A stretch of 64,000 nt of DNA, from assembly GCA_964345125.1 (NCBI GenBank), contig CAYFPY010000003.1, forward strand, positions 5,185-69,184, in the 5' to 3' direction. A program made the position numbers and the translations under genes. Within the stretch, counting starts at the first letter, position 1. Each line of letters opens with the position of its first letter. Origin of the DNA: an uncultured Actinomyces sp. Lineage in GTDB: Bacteria > Actinomycetota > Actinomycetes > Actinomycetales > Actinomycetaceae. The notes below the pieces were generated by a model. That model was not told where the DNA came from and did no database searches. It saw only the letters and a program-made list of their open reading frames with translations. This document shows, piece by piece, positions 43,221 to 53,100 of the stretch.

Positions 43221-44900
43221 CTACATTCTCTCGGGAGCAGACACACCAAGCAGTCCTAACCCATTCTGGAGAACCTGGGCGACTGCCTCATTCAACCAGA
43301 GTAAGGCCACATGCTGGTCGGTAACAGCTTCCTGGGCCCTGGGAGTGACTCTGCGCCCCGCGTACCATTGGTGGTAGGTGCCGGCCAACTCTTCTAGGTA
43401 GCGGGCCACACGGTGCGGTTCTCGCAAGTTTGCGGCTTGGTTTACTACTTCCGGGTACTGCGCCAGCACACCCAAAAGTTCTCCATCAGCGGGTTGATCA
43501 AGTAGCTCAGCGTTGTAGGTTTTCCCTCGATACACACCATGTTCTTTCGCGTTGCGTGCTACAGAACGGGTGCGGGCATGAGCGTACTGGACATAATAGA
43601 CCGGGTTTTCATTCGTGTTTTGGGTTAGGAGATCCAGATCTATTGAAACGTTTGAGTCCGTGGAAACCCGAACTAAAGAATACCTTGCAGCGTCAACTCC
43701 CACTGCTTCCACCAGGTCGTCCATGGTAATAACCGTGCCGGCACGTTTGGACATTCGTACCGGCTTGCCATCCTTAAGCAGGTTGACCATTTGCCCGATG
43801 AGGATCTCCATGTTCTGTCCAGGTTCATCACCAAACGCCGCGCACACAGCCATCATGCGGCCCACGTAACCGTGGTGATCTGCTCCAAGCAGGTAGATGG
43901 CAGTGTCAGTTCCCCTTTCCCGTTTGTCCAGGTAGTAAGCGACATCCCCAGAAAGGTAGGCTGCGTGGCCATCTGACTTAATCAGCACACGATCTTTGTC
44001 GTCACCGAAATCCGTTGAACGTAGCCAGAGGGCGCCCCCCTGCCTAAAGAGTACTCCGCGAGAATCCAGCTGTTCAATCGCCTTGTCCACCGCACCTGAA
44101 AGGTGCAAGGAGTCTTCATGAAAGAAAACATCAAATTCCACGCCGAATTCTCGCAGCTTCTCCTTGATTTCAGCGAACATGATATTGACTCCCCGCTGCC
44201 GAAACACTTCCAGTGCTTGCTTTTCAGGGAGTGTGACCGGATCCGGGTCTCCTTCCGCTAGCGCGTCTTCACGTACGCGTTGAGCGACCTCGTCCACGTA
44301 GTCGCCTCCGTACCCGGCCGTTGGCGGTTCTTCACCTCGAGCCCGCGCCAGGAGGGAAGCGGCGAACAGGTCGATTTGGGAACCGTGGTCGTTGAAGTAG
44401 TATTCCCTAACCACTTCTGCTCCACTGTTTTCTAGCAGGCGTGCTAGAACGTCCCCCACAGCTGCCCAGCGTGCTCCCCCCAAATGTATGGGGCCGGTGG
44501 GATTCGCGGAAACAAATTCGAGGTTGATGTTTTGGCCAGCAAGGTGGTCGGTCGTGCCGTACTGGGAACCTTGCTCAAGTATGGTGCCAACTAGCTCCCC
44601 GGCGGAACCCGCTTCGAGCCGGATGTTGATGAATCCGGGTCCGGCGATCTCGACTCCGCTCACCCCCTGTTTGGACTGTAGACAAGGAGACAGGAGCTCA
44701 GCTAACTCTCTGGGAGACTTGCCCGCCTTTCCCCCCAGTTGCATTGCAATATTGCTTGCCCAATCGCCGTGTTCCCGGTGGCGTGGTCTCTCAACTTTAA
44801 CTTCGGCTGGAATGTCGTTGTTTTGGAGTTTGGTGCTGCCAGACTCGGCTAGGTCAACTAGGCACAAGCGCAGCAGTTCAGCTAATTCTTTTGGAGTCAC
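43221..44900 (-). CDS. argS: arginine--tRNA ligase
   Basis: 559 aa, with [15 protein letters not shown] (HIGH region), the MSKRAG motif and the anticodon-binding C-terminus. Confidence 0.93.
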   Translation of the reverse strand: MTPKELAELLRLCLVDLAESGSTKLQNNDIPAEVKVERPRHREHGDWASNIAMQLGGKAGKSPRELAELLSPCLQSKQGVSGVEIAGPGFINIRLEAGSAGELVGTILEQGSQYGTTDHLAGQNINLEFVSANPTGPIHLGGARWAAVGDVLARLLENSGAEVVREYYFNDHGSQIDLFAASLLARARGEEPPTAGYGGDYVDEVAQRVREDALAEGDPDPVTLPEKQALEVFRQRGVNIMFAEIKEKLREFGVEFDVFFHEDSLHLSGAVDKAIEQLDSRGVLFRQGGALWLRSTDFGDDKDRVLIKSDGHAAYLSGDVAYYLDKRERGTDTAIYLLGADHHGYVGRMMAVCAAFGDEPGQNMEILIGQMVNLLKDGKPVRMSKRAGTVITMDDLVEAVGVDAARYSLVRVSTDSNVSIDLDLLTQNTNENPVYYVQYAHARTRSVARNAKEHGVYRGKTYNAELLDQPADGELLGVLAQYPEVVNQAANLREPHRVARYLEELAGTYHQWYAGRRVTPRAQEAVTDQHVALLWLNEAVAQVLQNGLGLLGVSAPERM

Positions 44901-44948
44901 AGGTCCACCTTACCGTCAAACTGTTTATCGCCGGGCACACATCCAGTT

Positions 44949-45362
44949 TTGTCCACACTAATTGGCTTGTGCTGCCCTTCGGGGGACGATCTTCGTCATC
45001 ATTTGGGTATGCATAACAAACAGAGAGCTCAGCGTACAGACCAGGTGAAACCAGAAGAGGCCGATTGCCCTCCCTGGTGCCGCATGGATCATTCACCGGG
45101 TGAACATCCAGAAGATTTAGCTCATGCCACTGGCAACGCACCGTTAGCCGTAGTGATGATGGGCCAGGACGAGGAAGGAAAGTTTCACACCCTACCTGGC
45201 CTGGTGGACGTGGTCCGGTTCAAATGGATCGGTCAAGCACATCCGGCCTGCAACACGGATCAGTGGGTTTTTATTGGCTCCGACCTCAGCGGCGTCGTAG
45301 TCACCGTGGAAAGTGCGACAAGAATCTTCCAAGCCTTGGGAGACGTATTAGCCTTCCCCTAG
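44949..45362 (+). CDS. hypothetical small protein with a CPPWC...H motif
   Basis: ADCPPWCRMDHSPGEHPEDLAH resembles small Cys/His proteins that I associate with actinobacterial phage and plasmid regions. The start is uncertain (a TTG at 44949 or an ATG at 45009), and neither has a clear SD. Confidence 0.45.
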   Translation: MSTLIGLCCPSGDDLRHHLGMHNKQRAQRTDQVKPEEADCPPWCRMDHSPGEHPEDLAHATGNAPLAVVMMGQDEEGKFHTLPGLVDVVRFKWIGQAHPACNTDQWVFIGSDLSGVVVTVESATRIFQALGDVLAFP

Positions 45363-45384
45363 GATCAATGGAATAGCCGTCAGC

Positions 45385-45729
45385 TCACTGCCAGTCGCTT
45401 GTAGGTGGAGTCTGGATTTCCCGTTTTGGCATCAGCCCGCAAACATCCATTCCTAGAACTGTGGCGACAGAGACAAGGGTGCGCAAGGTTGGGTTGGCGG
45501 GTCCCCCCGGAGTGCTCAGGCCTTTCTCCAGCCTTTGTAAGGTGTAGCGGGACAGTCCGGAACGGTAGGCTAACGCTTCCTGAGACAGTCCACGAGCGAC
45601 CCTCGCATTATGGATGCGATCACCCATCTCTGCTGCGAAACGATCCCAACCACCAGAAGTTACTTCAGAAGTCATACGGTCTAATTTGGCTGATCCTACT
45701 GAAAAAAGTGACCTATTATAGCAAGCCAA
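45385..45729 (-). CDS. XRE family helix-turn-helix transcriptional regulator
   Basis: HTH ARVARGLSQEALAYRSGLSRYTLQRLEKG. An alternative start lies at 45675 (MTSEV). Confidence 0.8.
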   Translation of the reverse strand: MACYNRSLFSVGSAKLDRMTSEVTSGGWDRFAAEMGDRIHNARVARGLSQEALAYRSGLSRYTLQRLEKGLSTPGGPANPTLRTLVSVATVLGMDVCGLMPKREIQTPPTSDWQ

Positions 45730-45809
45730 ATATAAGTGACACCTTGTGTGATGTAACGTCAGGTCGTGAGAAACAAAACGACGCTTGTCAAAAATACTGT
45801 GGACTTGAG

Positions 45810-45882
45810 TACCCCGAACAGGATTCGAACCTGCGACCTCCCGCTCCGGAGGCGGGCGCTCTATCCACTGAGCTATCGGGGC
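45810..45882 (-). tRNA. tRNA-Arg (anticodon CCG)
   Basis: The reverse complement reads GCCCCGATAGCTCAGTGGATAGAGCGCCCGCCTCCGGAGCGGGAGGTCGCAGGTTCGAATCCTGTTCGGGGTA. It folds into a cloverleaf with anticodon loop CTCCGGA. No CCA is encoded. Confidence 0.88.
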
Positions 45883-45903
45883 AGACTGCGGTGCAGACCG
45901 GGT

Positions 45904-46701
45904 TTACTCTACCAGAGTCTGATGGGCCTGTGGACCCCATTGACCACGTTCTACCAGCAACTCTTTAACCATGGTAGGCCTGTCGGTAATTATTCCGTCG
46001 ACCCCCCAGTCTAAAAGCTGTTCCACCTGGTCAACATCGTTAACAGTCCAGGCATGCACTGCCAATCCTGCCGTGTGGGCAGTAGCGACAAAACGAGGCG
46101 ATATAACTCGGATGCCGCGGCTCTTTTCAGGCACCTGGACAGCGACCACTCCTTGGCGGGGACCGGGCACGTGCCAACTGTCAGCACGCGACACCGTTTC
46201 TGAAGCGAGCAACAGGCGGACGACACCGTTTACCCCCAAGGAAGTGTGTAATCCGGGATAGTCCCTCCGCAAACGTTCTAAACGCCTTTCGGAAAAGGAA
46301 GCCACCAGCACACGGTCTTGCGTTTCAGTTTCAGTAATCAGATCTCCCAGGTGGGCAGCAACTTCGTCAGTTTTCACATCCACGTTAAAGAAAACGTTGG
46401 GGAACTCCTTCAAGACGGTGGACAACAATGGTGGGGACTCGCCGGCAGCATTCTTGAAGGCGCTGAGCTCCGAGTACTCAAAGTCTGAAATGTGCCCTTC
46501 AGCTCCGAAGCAACGTTCCAAACTGGAGTCGTGGGAGACCACAATCTGGTTGTCTGCACTCAAGTGCACGTCAGTTTCAATATGGCGGATGCCGGAAGCT
46601 ACTGTCCGCCGGAAAAGTTCCAGCGAGTTCTCGGTTCCCTCAGAAGCCCCGCCCCGATGGGCAAGCACAATCGGATCCGTGCTCGCCACAACGGAAATCA
46701 T
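45904..46701 (-). CDS. glycerophosphodiester phosphodiesterase family protein
   Basis: GDPD motifs LAHRGGASEGTENS and HIETDVHLSADNQIVVSHD. The start at 46701 gives an ATGA overlap with the upstream gene. Confidence 0.85.
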   Translation of the reverse strand: MISVVASTDPIVLAHRGGASEGTENSLELFRRTVASGIRHIETDVHLSADNQIVVSHDSSLERCFGAEGHISDFEYSELSAFKNAAGESPPLLSTVLKEFPNVFFNVDVKTDEVAAHLGDLITETETQDRVLVASFSERRLERLRRDYPGLHTSLGVNGVVRLLLASETVSRADSWHVPGPRQGVVAVQVPEKSRGIRVISPRFVATAHTAGLAVHAWTVNDVDQVEQLLDWGVDGIITDRPTMVKELLVERGQWGPQAHQTLVE

Positions 46702-47474
46702 GAACAGTCCTGTCCTAAGTGAACGGTTCCCATTGTTCCCAACCATTCAGAAGGTACGACAGGCGTGCCTGAAGCATCATGGATCTCCAGGTGGAGGTGA
46801 GCGCCCGTGGAACGACCCGTGGAGCCAACTCCACCAATTTGATCTCCAGCCTCAACGCTCTGCCCTTCCGAAACCCTTATGGCACCATCTGCCTGGTGGA
46901 AGTAGTGCGAGGTGTAGGAACCAAGCTGCTCGTCATGATGTTCAATAATCACGTAGTTACCCTGCGTTCCGCCTGACCCCACCGTTACGACAACACCGTC
47001 AGCCACAGAGTAGATGGGCGTGCCCGTTGGGGCCGCATAGTCGTCGCCCTCGTGCAGTTTAGCCGTACCCAAGATGGGGTGAATGCGGTATCCAAAGGGG
47101 GAACTTTTGGTGTATGAGCCCGCCGCGAGGGGGAAGTAGGTCCGGGCCTGATTCACGATGAGACGCGAACCATTTGCTGCAGTGTCGACTTCTAAGCAGG
47201 GATCCACTTCAATGGGGGCACGAACCGCAGCCCTAGACGGTGCAGCCAATTGGCGGTCCAAATCCTGACTGAATTCAGATTTGTCCGTCCCTTTCGAGGC
47301 CCAGGACTCTTCAGCTCCGAATCGTCCGACAATACGTTCAGAGTCTGACGAGGCTTTACTCTTCGCAGTATCCCCGCCCTCAGCGGCCACTGCTACGGAT
47401 ATAGGAAGTCCAATCACTAGAACTCCGGTGGCTAGGCCAGCAACAGCTGTCGCAAACCTTTTCCCAACGGCCAT
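46698..47474 (-). CDS. M23 family metallopeptidase (secreted)
   Basis: HxxxD (HEGDDY) and HxH (GAHLHLEIH) zinc motifs. A signal-like N-terminus begins at MAVGKRFATAVAGLATGVLVIGL. The start at 47474 lies downstream of the predicted promoter. Confidence 0.85.
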   Translation of the reverse strand: MAVGKRFATAVAGLATGVLVIGLPISVAVAAEGGDTAKSKASSDSERIVGRFGAEESWASKGTDKSEFSQDLDRQLAAPSRAAVRAPIEVDPCLEVDTAANGSRLIVNQARTYFPLAAGSYTKSSPFGYRIHPILGTAKLHEGDDYAAPTGTPIYSVADGVVVTVGSGGTQGNYVIIEHHDEQLGSYTSHYFHQADGAIRVSEGQSVEAGDQIGGVGSTGRSTGAHLHLEIHDASGTPVVPSEWLGTMGTVHLGQDCS

Positions 47475-47517
47475 GTACTCCCCTAAGAATCGACTACAGA
47501 AACGGTAACCCTCGAAA

Positions 47518-47526
47518 ATTATACCA
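47518..47526 (-). promoter_or_regulatory. putative extended -10 promoter element (TGGTATAAT) for the M23 peptidase operon
   Basis: The minus strand reads cctGGTATAATttt about 45 nt upstream of the ATG at 47474. I saw no convincing -35 element. Confidence 0.4.
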
Positions 47527-47581
47527 GGAACGATTCTACGCCCTTCCTTGAGATTTTCCTGCATTCGGAAAATAGATTAGG

Positions 47582-48637
47582 TCACACTTGTGGATAGCGC
47601 TGCAAAGAATCCTCCACTCGCCCCACCAGCTCCTCTAACACGTCCTCAAGAAACAAGACCCCCACAACGTCCCCTCCCTTCTCCACTGCAACCAAGTGGC
47701 TGGCCGAAGTCTGCATGTCAGCCAGCACATCTCCTAAATCCTGACCTATCTCCACGCGGTTCAACGGGCGAATCCTCCACTGATCGACCGGCTGCTTCCG
47801 AGCGTCGCCCTGAGCGTACAAGATGTCTTTCAAATGGATGTAGCCCAGGGGCACCCCGTCACCCTCAACTATGGGGAAACGGGAAAAGCCAGTCCTTGCT
47901 ACAGCAGCTTCAACTTCGTCAGGTGAGGCATCCTGAGCGAGGGTGGTTAATTGCTCCAAGGGCACCGCCAGATCTCCCACCTGCAGATCCCCGAACTGTA
48001 GAGCGCCCGCGATCAAGCCCTCCTCATCTTCCAAACTCCCCGTTTCTGTGGATGCCTCGACAATTGAAGCAACCTCCTCCACCGTGAACGTTGCACCAAT
48101 TTCCGACTTAGGTTTCATTCCAAGGCCTCTGATAATCCAGTTTGCTAGAGCATCCAGAAAATTAACTAAAGGTCCAAGGAGCTTGCTGAGAAAGACCATG
48201 GGCGGCGCCAGAAGCAACAGCATCCCCGTGGAGCGAGCGATCGATATGTTTTTGGGCACCATTTCCCCAAAAACAACATGCAGGAACAAAACGATCAACA
48301 ACGCCACGGTAAAACTAACTCCACGCACAACGGGTTCAGCCAACCCGATCAGAGATAGAGGTGGCTCCAACAGGCGAGTTAACGCTGGCTCGGCTACCAC
48401 CCCTAATGAAGTCGACATAACAGTTACCCCAAGCTGGGCAACAGCAAGCATCAAGGAAACGTGCTCCAAGGCGTAAAGAGCTTGAGTGGCTCCCCGCCTC
48501 CCTTCTTCAACAAGTGGATCCACATGGGAACGACGTGACGTAGTTACCGCAAACTCACCCGCAACAAAAAAGGCATTGAAAAGAAGCAGCACAACCATGA
48601 TGCCCAGAGCTAACCAACTACTCATCAGAAGCCTCAC
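47582..48637 (-). CDS. CNNM/DUF21 plus CBS-pair membrane protein (HlyC/CorC family, short form)
   Basis: N-terminal DUF21 motif LLFNAFFVAGEFAVTTSRRS, followed by a CBS pair. There is no C-terminal CorC_HlyC domain. Confidence 0.8.
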   Translation of the reverse strand: MRLLMSSWLALGIMVVLLLFNAFFVAGEFAVTTSRRSHVDPLVEEGRRGATQALYALEHVSLMLAVAQLGVTVMSTSLGVVAEPALTRLLEPPLSLIGLAEPVVRGVSFTVALLIVLFLHVVFGEMVPKNISIARSTGMLLLLAPPMVFLSKLLGPLVNFLDALANWIIRGLGMKPKSEIGATFTVEEVASIVEASTETGSLEDEEGLIAGALQFGDLQVGDLAVPLEQLTTLAQDASPDEVEAAVARTGFSRFPIVEGDGVPLGYIHLKDILYAQGDARKQPVDQWRIRPLNRVEIGQDLGDVLADMQTSASHLVAVEKGGDVVGVLFLEDVLEELVGRVEDSLQRYPQV

Positions 48638-49925
48638 TCACCAGAAGGCGAGTAACCCGCCTGCCCTGCATGGCTACCACTTCGAGTGTAACGCTCCCAT
48701 CCACCACCGTGTCGCCCACCTGCGGTATCCGTTCCAACCTGTCCATAACCAGGCCCGCCAGAGTCTCATACGGACCATCCTCACTGACACCTATGTCTGT
48801 TCTGGCGAGCAGTTCGTCCGGTCGAAGTGTTCCCGGAACAAAGAAGCCACCCCCCGGCGAACCACGTATCCCCGACCGGCGACGATCATGCTCGTCGCTC
48901 ACCTCACCCACGAGTTCCTCCACCACATCTTCCAAAGTGACGATCCCAGTGGTGGAGCCAAACTCATCCACCACCACCGCCATTTGCACACCGGTGCGCA
49001 GCTTGACCAGCACCTGAGCCAGACCCATAGTCTCTGGTACCTGCACCGCTGGCGCAGAAATAGACCGGGAGCTCACCGGCACCTCACTGCGCTTATCCAC
49101 CGGGATGGCAACCGCTTTTCGCAGGGTGGCAACCCGAACCAGGTCATCCCCCTCACTAAGAGGAAACCGCGAATAGCCCGTCTCTATCGCCAAGGCGACG
49201 AGATCCTCGGCAGTCGCGGATTGCGCTAATGACCGGACCTGTCCGCGATCCGTCATCAGGTCCACCGCTTGCAGATCCCCCATCGAAAGAGAACGAGTCA
49301 AAAGCTCTGCAGTCTGCTGGTCCAACGCCCCCTCCTGCGCGGAGTGGCTCACCAAAGCAGAAAGCTCCGCCGCAGATCTGGCAGAAGAGAGCTCCTCGAC
49401 CGGCTCTATCCCCACCAAACGAAGCACGCCGTTGGCAATCCCATTGAGCACCCCAATCAAAGGCCTAAACAGCCAAGTAAAGGCCAGTTGTAGTGGCGCC
49501 ACCCATTTAGCCACTCGAAGCGGATCAGCCAAAGCCATGTTTTTCGGAACCAACTCTCCAAAGATCATGGAGAAAATATTCACGATTACCGCGGCCACGG
49601 CGCCGCCTGCAACAGCAGCAACAGCCACGGCTACACCAAAACTAAGAAAAGAGTCCCCCAACACCCTGGTCAGGGCAGCCTGAGTGGTGTAGCCCAGCAG
49701 GATCGTGGTCAGCGTGATCCCCACCTGCGCTCCCGACAGTTGTGTAGAGAGGGAGCGCAAAGCCACCACCACCCGAGCAGTTCCCTTAGCGCCATCATCA
49801 GCGCGTTTTTGCACCGCCGCGGGGTCCAGCGAAACCAAGGAGAATTCGGCAGCAACGAATACGGCGGTTCCCACTGTTAGAACCAGCCCCAAAAATAAGA
49901 AGATACCATCTATAACGCCGACCAT
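48618..49925 (-). CDS. CNNM/DUF21 plus CBS-pair plus CorC_HlyC domain membrane protein
   Basis: DUF21 motif FVAAEFSLVSLD, a CBS pair, and a C-terminal transporter-associated domain (YETLAGLVMDRLERIPQVGDTV). It overlaps the downstream paralogue by 20 nt. Confidence 0.8.
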   Translation of the reverse strand: MVGVIDGIFLFLGLVLTVGTAVFVAAEFSLVSLDPAAVQKRADDGAKGTARVVVALRSLSTQLSGAQVGITLTTILLGYTTQAALTRVLGDSFLSFGVAVAVAAVAGGAVAAVIVNIFSMIFGELVPKNMALADPLRVAKWVAPLQLAFTWLFRPLIGVLNGIANGVLRLVGIEPVEELSSARSAAELSALVSHSAQEGALDQQTAELLTRSLSMGDLQAVDLMTDRGQVRSLAQSATAEDLVALAIETGYSRFPLSEGDDLVRVATLRKAVAIPVDKRSEVPVSSRSISAPAVQVPETMGLAQVLVKLRTGVQMAVVVDEFGSTTGIVTLEDVVEELVGEVSDEHDRRRSGIRGSPGGGFFVPGTLRPDELLARTDIGVSEDGPYETLAGLVMDRLERIPQVGDTVVDGSVTLEVVAMQGRRVTRLLVSEASDE

Positions 49926-50103
49926 ATGCAGTCAACTATAACCCGAAAGGGAAAACCTTCTCGACCAAGTATTGGTTCCCCAGGCGCGAGCTAAAAGACA
50001 TGCAAACGCAAAGTAATAAACGCGGTTGATGGAGACATTCGGCCCAGATATACCTAAACTGGGACGCAGAACATCCGCTAGTCACCCCGCCGAGGAGGGC
50101 ACC

Positions 50104-53100
50104 GTGACCGACAACAGTGAAACCGAGCAACCCCAACAGGAACAGCCCACCGATTGGTACATCGGACAGATGTACCAAAGTTTCCTCGCAGACCCCCAGT
50201 CTGTCCCTGAGGATTGGAGACAATATTTTCTTTCCTACCCCACAGCTGGGGAAGAAACACTCCAACGGCTCGCTGCTGAGTCCTCCGTCATGACACCCAC
50301 CGAAGAAGATGAAATAACTCCGGCCGTGGAAGGCGCTTTTTCCCCTCAGGACCAAAACCCCGGCTCACCCCTTGCCGACGCGCAAGGTGCCTACCAGGAG
50401 AACGTGACCCGCTCCGACCTCCCCCCGGCACCACCAACCGCAGTTGGTGAAGCTACTTCCCCTTACGCACGGCAGTCAGCCGCCCGCGCTGCCTCCTCAC
50501 TGCAGGATGATCTGCCCACAGAAAACGAAAAAACTCTGTTGCGGGGCCCGGCCCGTTCGATAGCCAAGAACATGGAAGATTCTCTGGCTGTGCCAACCGC
50601 CACCTCGGCCAGAGAAGTTCCAGCCAAGCTGCTAATTGAAAACAGGGCTCTGATAAATTCCCACCTAGCAAGAACTGTGGGGGGCAAGATTTCCTTCACC
50701 CACCTGATCGGCTACGCCCTCGTCGAATCGTTGGTTGAGATGCCAGGGATGAACGTTCGCTACGTGGAGGATGGCAACAAGGGCTATCTGGAGCAACTCG
50801 CCCACGTGGGTCTGGGGATAGCGGTCGACGTGCAAAGGGCCGATGGGAGCAGATCTTTGATGGTTCCCGTGGTGCAGGAAGCTGACACTCTCACATTCCC
50901 CCAGTTCGTAGAGGCCCTGAACGACCTCATTTCCAGGTCCCGATCCGGCGACCTTTCACCAGCTGATTTCCAAGGCGCATCCGTCTCCTTGACCAACCCC
51001 GGCACCCTGGGGACCACACATTCCGTTCCTCGTCTCATGCAGGGACAGGGTGCGATCATCGGCATTGGTGCCACTGACTACCCTGCCGAGTGGGCGGGTG
51101 TTCCTGAACTGCGGCTAGCAGAACTTGGTATTGGGAAAACCATGTACACCACTTCCACGTATGACCACCGGGTGATACAGGGAGCCGAATCTGGGCAGTT
51201 CTTGCGCACATTTGCGCAAAAGCTTGCTGGTGAAGACGGGTTCTACGACCGGGTTTTCGACGCGTTGCACGTCCCTTACCCTCCGTACAGGTGGGAACTG
51301 GATCTAGAAGTTGGTCTGGGTGAAGACGGGAACAAAGACTCCCGCATCCAGGGACTGATCCAGGCCTATCGTTCTCGCGGGCATCTAGCCGCTGATTTGG
51401 ATCCACTGGCCTACCGGCTCCGCCGCCACCCTGACTTGGAACTGGGACGTTATGGCCTGAGCGTGTGGGACCTGGACAGGATCTTCCCCACCTTCGGATT
51501 CGCGGGGGCGATCCGCATGCCGCTGCGCGACATTTTAGAACGTTTGCGTGACACCTATACCCGCACAGTGGGTATCGAGTACATGCACATTCAAGACCCA
51601 GAGCAAAGGCTGTGGCTGGAAGAAGAGGTGGAGGAACCCTACCAGAAACCCAGCGAACAAGACCGCATGCAAATCTTGTCCACCCTGGTGCAGGCGGAAG
51701 CCTTCGAAGAGTTCCTGCAAACCAAATACACGGGTCAGAAACGTTTCTCCCTGGAGGGCGGCGAATCGCTCATTCCCCTGTTGGATACCGTTATGCGCAG
51801 TGCTGCCCACGCCGGTCTGTACGAAGTCGCTATCGCTATGGCACACCGAGGCAGACTGAACGTGCTGGCCAACGTAGCAGGCAAGTCATATGCGCAGATC
51901 TTCTCTGAATTTGAAGGGAGTCCCCACCTGAGCGCCGATAATGGATCGGGGGATGTGAAGTACCACCTGGGTACCGAGGGCGTGTTCACGGCGGAGGACG
52001 GTGTCGCTACCCGTGTCTACATGGCTGCCAACCCCTCTCACCTGGAGGCGGCTGACGGTGTACTGCTGGGGATTGCTCGAGCAAAAGATGACAAGCTGGG
52101 CCAGGATGATTGGCCGGTGCTCCCCGTCTTGATACATGGTGACGCCGCGTTTATTGGGCAAGGCGTCGTGTATGAAGCGCTTAACATGAGCCAGTTGGAA
52201 GGTTTCCGTACGGGTGGGACCCTCCACGTGATTGTGAACAACCAGATTGGGTTCACCACCGGGCCTACATCGGGACGTTCCACCCGTTATGCCACTGACC
52301 TGGCGAAGGGGCTGCAGATCCCTATCTTCCATGTGAATGCCGATGACCCGGAAGCAGTTGTGCGGGTAGCGGAGCTGGCTTTCAAATACAGGCAACGTTT
52401 TAAGAAGGATGTTGTTATCGACCTGGTTTGCTACCGCAGGCGCGGCCACAACGAGGGCGATGACCCATCGATGACTCAACCAGTCATGTATGCCCTGATT
52501 GATAGTCTGCCCTCAACATTGGCGGTGTACACGTCTAACCTAGTTGGACGTGGAGACATTACAGAAGAGCAAGCCCTAGCAGTAGAGAAGGAGTATAAGG
52601 ATCACCTAGACGGGATTTTGGAAGAAACACGCTCTCATGGCCTATCTGCCGAAGATAATGCATCGCAGGGCGGTGCCGGCACAGCTGGCGAAGTTCATGG
52701 CCTGGAGCTCCCCGATTCGCAGCAACCCGGTGCTGGCATGATGATTGGCTGGACTTCTTCTGTCACGGCCACCGAAATTGAGCGCATTGGCTCCGCGTAC
52801 AATTCCTTCCCCCCTGGCTTCGAACCGCACAAAAAGCTCCGTGAGCTAAGTGAGAAACGGTTTGAGATGGCGGCGGGGCAGGCCCCCATTGACTGGGGTT
52901 TCGCTGAGCTGTTGGCTTGGGGCACTGTCCTTATGGATGGGACGCCCGTGCGTATAACGGGGCAGGATGCACGCCGAGCCACGTTCGTCCAGCGCCACGC
53001 TGTAATGCACAGTCAGAAGGATGGAAGCGAGTTCACCCCGCTTGACTTCTTGACCCCGGAGCAGGGCCAGTTCTCCATCTATGATTCCCCTCTATCGGAG

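Noticed and set aside
44901-45000. A direct repeat of the tRNA-Arg 3' end (att site) that would delimit an intact integrated element.
   Set aside because: No match to the GGATTCGAACCTG / ACCCCGAACAGG portion of the tRNA was seen near the argS side. No integrase is present, so only a remnant is proposed.
47475-47581. Possible c-di-AMP (ydaO-type) riboswitch upstream of the M23 cell-wall peptidase.
   Set aside because: Only about 105 nt are available, and most of that is taken by a probable extended -10 promoter and a short leader. I could not find the conserved pseudo-symmetric helices or motifs.
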